NCBI RefSeq assembly: GCF_018350175.1 | Contig: NC_058368.1 | Span: 54,686,001 to 54,750,000 of the forward strand | Direction of reading: 5' to 3' | DNA from: Felis catus | Taxonomy: Eukaryota | Length of the DNA: 64,000 nt | In this document: positions 1-12,605 of the stretch, in pieces | How the letters are laid out: each line of letters starts with the position of its first letter | Numbering within the stretch: position 1 is the stretch's first letter | The notes under the pieces: model-generated | Told to the model about the DNA's origin: nothing | Seen by the model: only the letters and a program-made list of their open reading frames with translations | Databases searched by the model: none | Program-made: the position numbers and the translations under genes

Positions 1-20
1 CACGTATTTCCATATTACTC

Positions 21-597
21 TGAAGGGTAGCAGAATTCATGCCACCCCAAATAGATCTGTAGGAATTAAGGACATGCCATTACAAAACAGGGCACTTGAG
101 TATACTGATCATTTTGAGCTGTAGGCACTTGAAAAATAGCAAATGCAGGGAGTGGCTCTCCCTGAACTCCCTTTATCTGCCTAAAGACAGATTCCTCAAA
201 AGGAACTCGGTTGTCATAAATCCCCTCTCCTGGAGTTCCATCACCCAGGGAAGATTGACTCATCACAGGACAAGAGACTAGAAGTCTGCACCACACCTGA
301 CAATTTTTGTCACAAACTATCATATCTCCCATCCATTCTACAGGCCCATTCAACTTCCTAAAAATTATTTATTCTCCCCTGAGAAGTCTATATCCCCTCC
401 CCTTTCCCTATTAAGATAGTATTTCAATCGGAATTCTAAGCCACCTCAGGGAGTGACTCATTTTTCTTTGGGTATCGCCCACATATGTATGAGATATACA
501 TGTTACTAAACTTCTGCTTGTTTTTATTTGGTTAATCTGTCTTTTATTACAGGATAACTCAAAAGAGTAGAAGTAACATTATTTGTCCTCTCCTACA
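21..597 (+). mobile_element. Solo LTR, MER34-like (ERV1 class)
   Basis: Begins TGAAGGGTAGCAGAATTCATGCCACCCCAAAAT, contains ATTTTGAGCTGTAGGCACTTGAAAAATAGCA and ends ...TCCTCTCCTACA (TG...CA termini); resembles recalled MER34-family consensus. Confidence 0.7.
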
Positions 598-2654
598 ATT
601 GTTATAAGGCAAGGACAACATCAGATCAGGAAAATCTTGACAGCCATGTTGTAACCCCAAACTTCTGAATTAAAACCAAATAGATAATAGATGACCCTTC
701 TTCCTTAACATAGCAAACTTACTGAAGATCTAGACATTTTGGATCCTTTCATTCCATATTTGGGGGAAACTCTACACTACTTTATAGAAAAAATATCTTA
801 TATACTATTAAAACATTGAAACTATGATAGATACTTCATGCACATTCCCCATACATCCTATATTTATAAATGCATTTTATATAAAACTAGATGATACAAT
901 AAATATGTGTCAATGTATTTATATAATTATTTTCCAGGAACAGTAAGACAATAAAAAGTCCATAATGTATCTGTGTATATTAATTTTGTGCTTTATAAAC
1001 CTTTACTTTTATGCACTTTTTAAGCAATTTAAGGGTTCTGACAGAAATTTATGCTCATAACTTTGGGGGTGAAAAGATGATATAGGAAATGCCTTGCCAC
1101 ATTATGTCAGAGTTGATTTTTTTTTCTTGATTGCTGTTTTTATGACACTAGAGCAATGAGCTCCTGGAGAAGGGAAAGCTTTTTATGAAAACCTTAAATT
1201 ATTGATTGGCAAGTTAAACTTAACTGCTCAAAAAGGCCTTAAGGTAAAATTTCAGGATAAAGCTAAAATTAAAAAAAATACTGAGATAAAACAGTTTTAC
1301 AAAATACAAAGGGGTATAAAATATAATATGGAGACACAGGATAGCTTTCAAAAGGAAGTATAGGGATTAATTAAGATACTTTTAGTATACATAAAAACAA
1401 ATCTAAAAAAAATAGAGAGAGTAATGTGCAATACTCCAATGAATTTACATAGTTTATACAGTATTCTTACAAACGTAAAATTATTTCCAACAATATACAG
1501 GGTGGGTTTAATGAATATACTATGGCATTGGATAAATGCTTATTTAAAATTTTATCATCTTTGAATTCAGTTAGATGAGCACTACAATTATTCTCATTAA
1601 AAAAGTCTATGATTAATTACTCTCACTTTGATTTTAAATTATTTTGTAAATAAATGTAGATGGAGTAATGCTGTTTGGCAAGGGTGCATACACTTCTATG
1701 GAAATTATGTACTACTAATAAAAGCATTCTTAGTAAGTCAACTGATCAGGTAAGTATTGAGATTATTTTCTAAAATAATTTTTAACTATTTTTAAAATAT
1801 GTGCCAAGAAAACATATATCTATAATTAAAATATTCAGCTAAATGGATATATTATTATAAAATCATGTCAAAACATTTATTTGAATTTACTTTCTGACTT
1901 CCTACAAATTAAATGCTTCTCAAGTAGGGGAGGGCAAAACTTCCTCTTCCTTGGAGGGCTGGACTGACTAGTATTATTTGCAAATGTTATGAGTTTTGGA
2001 GGTTACCAAGACAGCAAACAGTGAATGGCACACAGTGCTCAGAGGCCACAAATACAATCTGTGTTCTAGGTCCCAAAGAAGTTCTGCATGAAGATGAATC
2101 ACCAAACCAAAATGCCAATAATAACCTTGTTGATAACAAGTAAAATTAGCAAACAAAACTGCTAATTCTGTGGTCAACTGGGATCAATGAGAAAGTGTTA
2201 AAAAAAAAAGGTATCTTATGTATTTTTAAAGTCAGGAATAACTACAAAATATTATATAATACACTACATTTCAGAAAAAATACATTTCAAATAAAATGCA
2301 TTTCAAAGAAATACAAGCGATGTAACTATTCTAAAGAATCCATAGAGTCATAAGATCACAATAGATGGAAGGTTAAAAATGTTTGTTAGTGAAAACACTA
2401 GTAATTCATGAGTTCTCAAAAGGAAGACTACTTGTATTTTCTCTTCATTGTTTTACCTATTCATATGTTATCCATTTCAGGGGAATGTCTACTTTGTTCT
2501 ACCATATGTTTCCTTATCTCTCTAGTTCCCACTTAAACGCGACTCTTCCTATTAAAAATTACTTTTGATCTTTCAAGTAAATTTAGCTCATCTGTACTAA
2601 AATATCTAATAATTTTCATCCATTTCCAAAACTGTGACTACATCCATTCTACCA

Positions 2655-3270
2655 AATAAATGTTTATTCATGCAATAAATCATTTGTTTGTTTGTTTGTT
2701 TTTGCCTAAAACAATCCAGACTCCTTGCTAGGCACTCAGCATACATGGCAATCACAGTCCATGTTTTTGCCACATAAAACATCGACCATGCTGTCATGGG
2801 GCTTACTCTTTGCTTGGGAAAGTAGATTGTAAACCTACAACTAAAATCAACATTAGAGAGTTATAAAAGTGGTCCTTGGGAGTCTAAATTCCCCTTAATC
2901 TATGTAAGAAAGCAAAGGCAATCTATGTAATTAACTGATATTGAGCTGAAAACTGATGTATGACGTGGTGTTAGCCAAATAGATAATAAGAGTCAGTGTG
3001 CATGGCTCACGGGTCAGCAGATTGAGGAGGCCCAGAGGAAAGAATACCACGCACTGTAAAAACCTGCATAAATTCCAGTTATTGGGCTAGAGCACAAAGT
3101 ACAAGATGAAGAATGGAAAGTAGTGACACTAGAGCAGAGCCCAGATCAGGACACGAGGGCCCTCTTAACCACCTGAGGAAACTGAATTTTATCCAAGCCA
3201 ATGGGAAGACACTGAAGGATTTTATGAAGAAGAATACCATATTCCTATCTGTGTTTTATAAACATCATTA
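2655..3270 (-). mobile_element. LINE-2 3' fragment, degenerate
   Basis: Antisense L2-like motifs GCTAGGCACTCAGCATACA and AATGGGAAGACACTGAAGGATTTTATGAAG...TCTGTGTTTTATAAACATCA. Confidence 0.6.
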
Positions 3271-3371
3271 TTCTCTTATCAATGGCTGACTTTTTTGTAG
3301 TTTACTCATGAGATTTTATAAAGTATACATTTTCAACTATATTGAATGATTATCTGGAGGAAGAAGAGCAT

Positions 3372-3559
3372 GTTTATTTATTTTTGAGAGAGAGCAAAGG
3401 CACACAAGCTGGGGAGGGGGAGGGAGGGGGGACAGAGGATCTGAAGCAGGCTCTGAGCTGACAGCAGAGAGCCCAATGCAGGGCTTGAACTCATGAACCA
3501 TGAGATCATGACCTCAGCTGAAACTGGACACTTAACCAAGTGAGCAACCCAGGTACCCC
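3372..3559 (-). mobile_element. Can-SINE
   Basis: T-rich tail, GA-rich tract, CTCATGAACCATGAGATCATGACCT...CCCAGGTACCCC; flanked by GAAGAAGAG(C/T)AT TSD. Confidence 0.93.
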
Positions 3560-4249
3560 AGAAGAAGAGTATCTTGCTGAGTTCCTGACATTGGGTACAT
3601 TCACCATATTGTGTATCACATTATCTAGTTCTAGATACTCTCATCACCCACCCCCCCAAAAAAAGACAATAATTGAATAGATATTCTTCAAGAAGTAGAA
3701 AAGTGGGAGGAGTGGTGATCAGAAATTTCTAATATTATAAAATACAAATTAATTTTCAGTTAAGTAGATCAGATTTGTTTTCTAAACCAATAAGTTCAAA
3801 TGTTTCCATTAAAGCAATCCAAAAGGAAGTGGATTAAAGCTTTAGAAGCCTGTGTTCAAACACTGAACTAGGTGCTTGTCATCTGTGTATGTCATCTGTG
3901 TATTTAAATCCAATGGGCAGAAAAAGAAATAATGATTAAAAAATTTTTTAAAAAAGATAAATAAGCAGAATATGAGAATTAACAAATATCTAAAATTTTG
4001 ATCTTTCTAATAATAGAAAATGAACCGTTCAATCACAATTGTATGAGACATGTTAAAGTTGGTGGAAAGTTGAATGAGATGATACTGATTTTCATTTTCA
4101 CTGTTAAGTGTTGTTATTGAGTTAATTTATCTAGCAAAATAGAAAACTCTAGAGGTAAACATTAAAAACAATGACAGCAAGACCAAAACTATTGTAATGT
4201 ATTCCAAATTATCTTCATTTCATTTTTTTTTGACTCTGGATACATTCAT

Positions 4250-4468
4250 CTGTAACTCAATTAGTCTGTGTCCTGCCAGGAAACATAAACAACATCAACT
4301 AGAGGGGATTCAATATGATAGGCTGGTTAAATAGATGATGTTGGAAGCCTGAAATAGCAAAAGGGGAATGGTAAAATAACCCACAGATTAGTAAATGCAA
4401 GAAGCAGTTAACCATTATGATAGCTGAGGAAATAATAAAGGGAAAGATGATGTTACTAGAGAAAAAGG
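4250..4468 (-). mobile_element. Old ERVL-class LTR fragment (LTR41/LTR78-like)
   Basis: Shares GAAGCAGTTA-CCATTAT..GCTGAG with the 7590-8077 LTR-like segment; family assignment tentative. Confidence 0.35.
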
Positions 4469-5226
4469 GCCCAGATTTTGCTGATTTATATTATGGCAGC
4501 CTGCAGAATATAAGTGGGAATACATTCTAAGGATGTATTTTGAAAGAATACAGAATGTATCATTGGATGGGGCCAGAATTGTTGATATGGCTATACTTCC
4601 CAGAGATTCCGGATTTAATATGTTAAATCTGCTCTAATAATTTGTTTGCTTTGTTGACTGAAATCTGGGCTTAATGGTTGCCAACACTCAGTGAAGCTGA
4701 AAATCAGAAATTGTCTAACATAATATAAAGGGAAAAAATCCAAAAGCTTAGGGAAATAGGAATATAGAACTAGATGTGCCCTGTGCCATCTGCTGTCTGA
4801 TTATATAGCAAAAAAAGTGCTGAGAGGACATTTCCTTCTCTAAGGCGTTGATAATACACAACTGAACCAAAATGGAGGGCAGCATCACCAGAAGGCATGA
4901 TATCTGCAGTTCTATGTAGGTTGAGGAAGATGGTAGAAATACCTCCAATGAGATGGGCTTTCTCTTTACAGTGAGGATGAGAGATCCCAGAATGGCACAT
5001 GCTTGACAAAACATTCACATATAAAGGAAGAAGGGGCACGCATGTTATAAAATGCACATTAGAAACAAATCATGAGAATGTTTTGACTCTCCTAGATCTT
5101 TGGCAGATGCTAATTAATCCCAGGATTCAAAGATTTAAATAGATTGGTGATCTATTAAAGCATCACGTGATCTATGCAACACAAATTCTGGATAAGGCAG
5201 AAAGTTGATTTGAATCATCACAGTGG

Positions 5227-5407
5227 AAGGTTCATGGGTGGCCCAGCTGGTTAAGCATCTGACTTCAGCTAGGGTCATGATCTCACAGTTTGTGGGATTG
5301 AGCCCTACATGGGGCTCTGCTCTGAGAGCTCGGGGCCTGCTTCAGATTCTCTGTCTCCTTTCCTCTCTCTCTCTCTCTCTCTCTCTCAAAATAAATAAAT
5401 GTTTAAT
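5227..5407 (+). mobile_element. Can-SINE inserted in ERVL
   Basis: GGGTGGCCCAGCTGGTTAAGCATCTGACTTCAGC head, (CT)n, AATAAATAAA tail; TSD TCATCACAGTGG at 5215-5226 and 5408-5419. Confidence 0.92.
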
Positions 5408-6221
5408 TCATCACAGTGGGCACTCAGCCTCTCACTCAGTTTTCAGTTTATTTGAAATGGATGTCAGAGTTTCTTTAGATAATATAAATTATAAATCTTC
5501 CTCTAAGCTTTCTCCAAAGGGTCTTGCAATCTTTTCTAGACTGTTACTGTACATCATGGAAAAAAAAGAAGATTTGGTAGATTTCTAGACATTAACTCTG
5601 ATTTGACACTAGGACCTAGAAATTAAAAATGGCATTATGGCCCATTGGCTACATTGGGGTTTATGGAAGTCAATTCAAAAAGGTGGTTTTGACCCCAGTT
5701 CATCTTATAATGTGGTCAGTGTGTTTGCATAAGTATCTTACAGTTATGTAGACAGTTTCTAATAATATAGTTTATTTTTAGAAACTAGAAGAATCCCACA
5801 TTTGGCTCTCATACTTGTGGGGTGGATTATCATGGCAGAAAAAAAAAAAAAAACACATGAAGCCTCTAAAAATGTTTCTAGAGAAAGCAGTGTCATATCC
5901 CAGTGCAAATTGTGGAGATTGGTTTTGCTTCCAAAGACTTCAGAAATGCGGCTAAGGGCTCCAATCACAACTTTATTTAAATTGCTATTTTGAAAAAATA
6001 ATAAACCAAAAAATAAATAATAAATAAATAAATTGCTCTTTTGCCCATGCTGTAGGTGAATGGATCTTGAGGAACAACGGTGGAATAGTATAAATTTAAA
6101 CAGGGAGTGACATAACTTTCAGCTGCTTTTTCAGCTGCGGCAAATTTTAGAAACAAGGCAATATAGCCTCTGAAATATACAGGTTGTTATTGATTTAGCC
6201 TATATTTTTCTGGACAAGGAA

Positions 6222-6633
6222 TGCTAAGTTGAATCGTGTTCCCAATTTCATGTGCTCAAGTCCTAATCCCAAGTACCTCAGAATGTGACTTTATTTGGAA
6301 ATAAGGTTGTGAATTTTGAGTAGAATGTGAGTAGAGTGGGCCTCTAATTTGATAGGATTGAGATCTTCATGAAAGGAGGCAATGTGGACAAATGCATGGA
6401 TACAGGAAGAACAACCTCTGGAAATTAGAGTTATATGGCCACAACGAAATAAGCACCAGAAACTCAGAGAGAGCCTTGAGCAGATTCTTCCCTAGTGCTG
6501 TCAGAGGACACATGGCGCTGCTGACAACTTGGTCTCAAGTTCTAGGTTCCATAAATGTGAGTCGGTAATTTTCCATTGTTCAAGTCACCCAAATTGTGGT
6601 ATTTTGTTATAGCAGCCCTAGGAACTTCACATA
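6222..6633 (+). mobile_element. MLT1 (MaLR) solo LTR
   Basis: GTCCTAATCCCAAGTACCTCAGAATGTGACTTTATTTGGAAATAAGG near start and TGTGGTATTTTGTTATAGCAGCCCTAGGAAC at end, typical of MLT1. Confidence 0.8.
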
Positions 6634-6880
6634 CGGTGTCTCTCTACATATTTTGGTGAAGGGCCATAAAGTATATATTTTATTTTAGGATTTACAGGAT
6701 ATAAACCACTCAACTTTATTGTTATAAACAATATAACAATTATTACATATATAATATATATATAGCACAAAAGCAGCCACAGACAATACATAAATGAATA
6801 AGATATTGTTTCAATAAAACTTAAAAAAAAAAGGCCACCTTCTGGATTTGGTCTGGTGGTTCCAATTTGCAAATCCTTGT
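6634..6880. mobile_element. MER58-like hAT-Charlie DNA transposon
   Basis: GAAGGGCCATAAAGTA...AAAAGCAGCCACAGACAATACATAAATGAAT...TTCAATAAAACTT...GGATTTGGTC, as in recalled MER58A. Confidence 0.7.
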
Positions 6881-7162
6881 TCTAGACCAATTTACAAGTG
6901 CTAGCAAAATATTTGTTCTCATCTGCAGCAGCAAGTATCTTCACAGTCTTGCCTCATTGCCTCAGGGCTATGTCAACCCTTATACTCTCTGCCATATTCC
7001 AATCTGCCTGGATCTTACCTTCATATCCCACAGATCATACTAGTCTACTACATTTCTGACATCATGGTCACTGAATCTAATGAGCAGAGGTAACAACTAC
7101 CTTAGATCTCTTAGTATGCTAAAGAGTGAAGGTTAAAGCCTATTTCTTCCACCAAATGCTTT

Positions 7163-7281
7163 AGAATGATGGATGTGTTAGTTAAGTTGATGGAATTCTT
7201 CCACAATGTATGTGTATTTCAAATCATTACACTGTACAGTTTAAATGCCTTACAATTTTGTCAGTAAAGCTGAAAAAAAAA
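7163..7281 (+). mobile_element. L1 3' terminal fragment
   Basis: GATGGATGTGTTAGTTAAGTTGAT...CACAATGTATGTGTATTTCAAATCATTACACTGTACA...AAAGCTGAAAAAAAAA, an old L1M 3' end with poly(A). Confidence 0.65.
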
Positions 7282-7355
7282 TCTCAATTAAAATTCTAAT
7301 GATGAAATTAGTTGTACCTTATAGTAAAGTTGGAAGATAAAAATGGGAGATTTTT

Positions 7356-7555
7356 TTTAAAAATGTTTATTTATTCATTTTTAAAGAGAGAGAGAGAGTT
7401 GGGGAAAGGCAGAGGGAAAGAAAGAGAATCCCAAGCAGGCTCCACACTGCCAGCACAGAGCCTGACCCGGGGCTTGATCTCATGAACCATGAGATCATGA
7501 CCTGATCTGAAACCAAGAGTCAACACTTAACCAACGGAGCCACTCAGGTTCCCCC
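7356..7555 (-). mobile_element. Can-SINE
   Basis: GAATCCCAAGCAGGCTCCACACTG...CCACTCAGGTTCCCC; TSD AAAATGGGAGATTTTT at 7340-7355 and 7556-7571. Confidence 0.95.
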
Positions 7556-7589
7556 AAAATGGGAGATTTTTATATAACACAGCTATTAT

Positions 7590-8077
7590 TAATGGAGGAA
7601 GCAGTTACCATTATAGGCTGAGAAAACAAAAAAGAAATGGTGGGGACCATACTGTAGAAACTGACCACAGGAACTGATCATCCTCCTATGTGATCAGATG
7701 TCCGAGAAACATACCACATAGCTAGTGCTCAGATCTCTGAGAAGAGACCATGGCACTGTTGGTTCTTAGAGCAGAGATCAAATATAACAACAAAAGGATA
7801 TGGTTGGCAGGTGTTAGAACTTCTGAGAGTCACACCATGGCTGTTGCTAACAACGACAAAAAGCTGGAAGATGTGCTCTCCAGCTGATGTGATGTGGAGA
7901 CTAGAGATAGGAAGTTTCTGCTTTTCCCATACATTTTAATACACACAAGTGTCTCCAATTGTCAGAATCACAGAAGAAGGCATCAGGCGATGTAGTGCAA
8001 ACTCAACCACAGAATCACAGAGCAGAATCTAAAAGAAATACCTTCGAGCTGACCAAAAACAGCCAAAGGACAAGCAC
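7590..8077 (-). mobile_element. Old ERVL-class LTR (LTR41/LTR78-like), 5' part
   Basis: Ends GATGTAGT...CACAGAATCACAGAGCAGAATCT...GAGCTGA...CAAGCACA, the reverse complement of a TGTGC-starting old ERVL LTR; family tentative. Confidence 0.45.
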
Positions 8078-9005
8078 ATTACACATAATTGTTCTTTCAA
8101 ATATTTTAACTCTAGATTGTGATGTATATGGGAGTTTGTGGGACTAGATAAAATACGCCTCTATATTATTTTGGGGGTTTGCGTAAACTCCATGGGAAAG
8201 AGTAAAATTGTGAAGGACAAATACTAAATTTGTTTTTGTAGCCGGAAAAAACATAAGAAAATAGACAATGTGCACTTTGGCTGTTAGCTGTAAGTTTGCT
8301 TTGTGGACAAGCAAGAAAACATTGACAGTGCAAAGGCATGGAACAGTTTCTCATTTATCAGCTTGGAGCAGGCATAGGAAAGAGATTTTCCATTAAATAT
8401 GTCATTATTCTTGACAAAATACAAAAATAAGTTTTGTAGAGTAACAATTCACTATGTTATCTGACATCAAAGTGTAACTAAACAACCCAATTGATATTCA
8501 CTAAGGAAATAAAAATTTATCTATGTTGAGGAAAACTATCCACAAATGTGTAGGTTCTACAAAATTATATAGAGATGTAGTTCAGGATAATTACAAAATA
8601 ACATCCTAGAATTTTATTGTACATTATAAGAAATACTAACAACAAAAAACCTCAGAAGGGATAATTTGCCATTTAAAAAACCATTTTTGATTGGTGTGCA
8701 AAAATAAAAGTTTATTAATATATACAAATATATATCCTATACCATCAAGTTATTATATATAATAATAAACATAACTATATAACTGAGGATTACTTTATTA
8801 GTAAAACAGCCAAAAGCAATAAATGTGTGTGAAGGCAGTATTTTGTCAAGAATGAACGCTATTTGTCTATCTCTCTCTACTGTATATACCAGGAATTTGA
8901 TTTTAAACATAAAGCAAATTTTGTCAATTCAAGCATCTGCATTTGATATTTTGGGGCTCCTCAACACAGGATACATAAAAAAATTATATTGACATAATAT
9001 ATGTC

Positions 9006-9007
<2 letters not shown>

Positions 9008-9047
<40 letters not shown>
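9008..9047. repeat. (TA)n(CA)n microsatellite
   Basis: Directly visible dinucleotide run. Confidence 0.95.
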
Positions 9048-9048
<1 letters not shown>

Positions 9049-10077
9049 ATACATACTGAATTCCTAGTGGGGAATGATAACTATATACATTTTATTATAT
9101 ACCTAATAAAATGATAAGTATATACATTATAACATACCTATAGTTAGAGATATAATTTTCAGTTTCTTACTGATAAGTAGCTTGAAATTTTCTAAGCCAA
9201 TGTGAATTTGAGATCAATTTTACACCTATCCCAGGCTACTTCCCTTTTTGTATATTGTGCAAAGTCTTCGATTCTTCCTAATGTGCCCAAAGTTCTTATT
9301 TCATCGTATCCTTCTTCATTGTGATGGCACTTTCTGTTCTTCAGGTCCTTATTACTTATTTGAAAAAAGTGCTGTGTGCTTTTTCTGGCACTTGCTCAAC
9401 ATTTTACTTTAACAGTGTTTTATCAGTGGCTAGCCTGCAAAGTGCTGGCTATGGTTTTGCCTAGGATGACTGCACCTTGTCTCCTGCCTGTCTTGCTGTC
9501 CCCTCAGTACTGTGCCCTCTACCATCTCCAAAGTGGGAGGTGGAGAACATTTGGGAATCTCTCCTTTTTGAAGTCAAATTCTGATTACAATAAGAACTGA
9601 ACTCCAATTTCACAGAGGACACGGGGCAGTTAAATAAATAGGAACATCAAAGAAGAAATACTTTGGACAACATTTAAAGCCAATGGGAAAACTTGGAGAA
9701 TATACTTATACAAATTGAAAAATCCTATCTATAAAATAAATCCTTTATTCAATAAGGATTAAAATGTACAAATAGAATTCTTTAGAATAAATTTAGTTCT
9801 TTATAAACAGCTACTTTGAATGTAAAACATTCATTTAGAACGGAAAATTTTGGCTCATTTGCCAAAATGAATTAATATGTAGAGGTCATAGTTTTGTGGT
9901 CTATGGTCAGGATCTGTCCTGCTAACATATGTTGCCTGTCAAAAAATAGTATGAAGATATGAATAACATTTAAAATAATTCATGCCACAATCTAGATTTC
10001 TACTATATCATTTATAGTATATTTGGCTTCAATTGATGAAATAATTGACTGATAGTAGCTTTCTGAATGTGTTCATT

Positions 10078-10080
<3 letters not shown>

Positions 10081-10168
<88 letters not shown>
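10081..10168. repeat. Compound (CT)20(CA)24 microsatellite
   Basis: Directly visible perfect runs. Confidence 0.97.
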
Positions 10169-10172
<4 letters not shown>

Positions 10173-12084
10173 AGAATTAATAGACTGTTGATGTTGATTC
10201 AGTCACTCAGTAATATCAACTCTAATGGACCTAAGATGGCTGCTATGGGCCTGAATCCCCTCCTATTTAAGGAAGGAAGGGGGATAAAGAGAAGATGCTA
10301 CCTATATTGGCCATCTTTCTGAGGAAAACAAAAGCTTTGCCACAGTCCCAGTACAGCTGATTTACTTTCATTCTTCACAATTGATTCATATGGCCAATTC
10401 TAGATGAAAAGACCCAGAAAATAATTACTAGAGTTGAGCACTTGCTCCCTCCAAAATCAATATTTTTATTTGCAAGGAAAAAAGAGAAGAATAGATTAAG
10501 GGGAGGTGGCATAAAATGCCAAATATACCACTTACTTTTGAAAGATAAGAAGAATTAGAAACACTGGCTCCATTCCTACAATGGCATCAATTGACTATAG
10601 CTGGAAGCATATTCTCTGTACCAGATGTCTCATTAATTTTATTGCTTGTGAGGCTCCTTTAGGATTTGTGATTATGGCTCCAGTACTGCAGGAGTAACCA
10701 GGGACTTGGCTATTTATTCTACAGCATATAAAATATAATGGTCATATTTAATGAATATGTGTAATTGTTCTTTGGGTGAACATTTTCTTCATTGTTTCCA
10801 GTCTCCCTTTACACTTTACAAAGTTCCCCTACAGATTTCCTCTGGCCTTTTCTTTATACTACTTTCTCTCTTATATTTTTATCTTCTGTCTCTATTGTTT
10901 TTCTTACCCAATTTTTGCCTCTTGCTTCTGACCAGATTCATTGTGTGCCACATTTCCTTTTTTTCTTACCCTCTGTATTATCTTTTCATCTACCTTAATC
11001 TTACTTTTTCTGCTTTCTGCCCTTTTCTCACACATTCTGTGCTACTAATGTACATTTTTATTTTTCACTATTTATTTCCAGGACATTCTGTTTCTGTTTA
11101 CATGCTGTATTTTATTGTTTTCATAGCTTATTGTTTGTTTCCTTGTTTTTATACCTGGTTATTTTTCTCTACCATTTCAAGGTCAGAAGCTTCATTTAAG
11201 TTTCTCATAATTTTCTTTATTCAATAGCTGTTTTTATTTTTAGTCAAAATTAACACAAAATTAACACACAGAAAATTATGTGTGATATGAGAATTTCAAA
11301 AATTTAAATGCACTCTTTTACTAATAGAAGAATAACCAAACAGCCTGTATTTGTGTAAATATTCAATATAAGTAAGCTGAACTGGAACACATCCTTAATG
11401 AAAAATGTGATCTCAACAGTGTGTTGTTTCAGTGTGTATGTATATATAGCTTCTATCAAATGTAAACTTTCTTAGAAATCATAGAAAAAGTCTTGAGAAA
11501 GTAAGCCGAGAATGATAATGGCAAGATAAAGATACTGAGAAAAGACGTAGATGGATGGTGGAATGATTAATTCTATATCTACACAGTACAGGTGTTTGGT
11601 ATTTGAGCAAGTGGTCAGAAAACAAATTGAACATTTATTCTTCCTGACAAAGGGATTAAGAAATGTGGTTGATTATACCTTTATAAATGAAGCTTTGAGT
11701 AAACTACTGTCTTGATTGATTTCTTTGCTATTTGCTAACACTGCAACTGAATATTCTGTTGGGAATTCTTTTATTTGTGTTTGTTTTCTGAAGATGTGAA
11801 TTAATTCAAAGTTAATGGGATTGATAAAGACATTATGAAACAGCTGTGATAGCTTTATTAATAACTACACTGGAGGCTAACAAAATACAAAATATTTTAG
11901 AGACAATGACGGTGTTTGCATAAAACTTTCTCAACATTAAAATGCCAGAGCTTAAAGCAACATTTCACTAGAACTAGATGGATAAAAAAGTATCAGTGTG
12001 GGATCTAATTCTGCGTCTACCACAATCCAATTCTATTATTTATTTGAAAGCAAGAGCTAGATTTATTTATTCAGTTTTATTCAA

Positions 12085-12605
12085 ACTAGATTTCATCATG
12101 CATCAGGCACTTTTTGAGTGCCTTCTACATTCCAGACATGATAGAGAAATAAAGTTGAATAAAACAAAGAATGTTAATACAATGAAATCTGGCAGTGTAG
12201 TATTAGAAGCAGTAATATTAGGCAGCAAACAGGATGCACTGAGGAAGAATTACATGAGTAGTGGGAGCTTTTTTGGAAACAATGATCACAGAAAACCACT
12301 GTGAAAATGTACTGTATAGGGTGAATCTGAAGAGTGACAAGCGGCCAGATGCATAAGGAACAGGAATAAGAATGTTACAGGCAAGGGGTTCCAAGTGTGA
12401 CAAATTATCACAGGAGAAAGAACTTGGCCCTTTCATTAACCTAAAACAATAACCAGTATAGCTGAAGCATAAGGAGGCAGAAGGACTGTGGTAAGTCAGG
12501 CAGGGACTAGATCAGCTAAAGAGTTTGAATTTTATTCTAAGTGTAGTAGGAAGAGGTGGATTGCAGTTCTAGAGTCCATAGTGATATATGCATTTGTTTT
12601 GAGCT
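12085..12605 (-). mobile_element. LINE-2 fragment
   Basis: TTTTTGAGTGCCTTCTACATTCCAGACA...AAAGAGTTTGAATTTTATTCTAAGTGTAGTAGGAAG, antisense L2 3' region. Confidence 0.65.

Larger units (their letters stand above)
4470..7135 (+). mobile_element. ERVL internal region (gag to reverse transcriptase), decayed and interrupted by younger elements
   Basis: GATTTTGCTGATTTATAT...GTGGGAATACATTCTAAGG...CAGAGATTCCGGATTTAAT resembles ERVL gag; TTGCCTCAGGGCTATGTCAAC (LPQGYVN, ~6957) and the decayed YIDD-region CTACATTTCTGACATCATG (~7048) mark RT. No intact ORF. Confidence 0.75.

Noticed and set aside
1928..2143. ATG-less open frame ending GPKEVLHEDESPNQNANNNLVDNK after a TAG|G acceptor-like site
   Set aside because: Weak polypyrimidine tract, no recognisable protein and a length compatible with chance; not supportable without a search.
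10751..11227. 158-aa hydrophobic ORF resembling a membrane protein
   Set aside because: Arises from T/C-rich low-complexity DNA that lacks stop codons and yields F/L/S/Y; no family resemblance.
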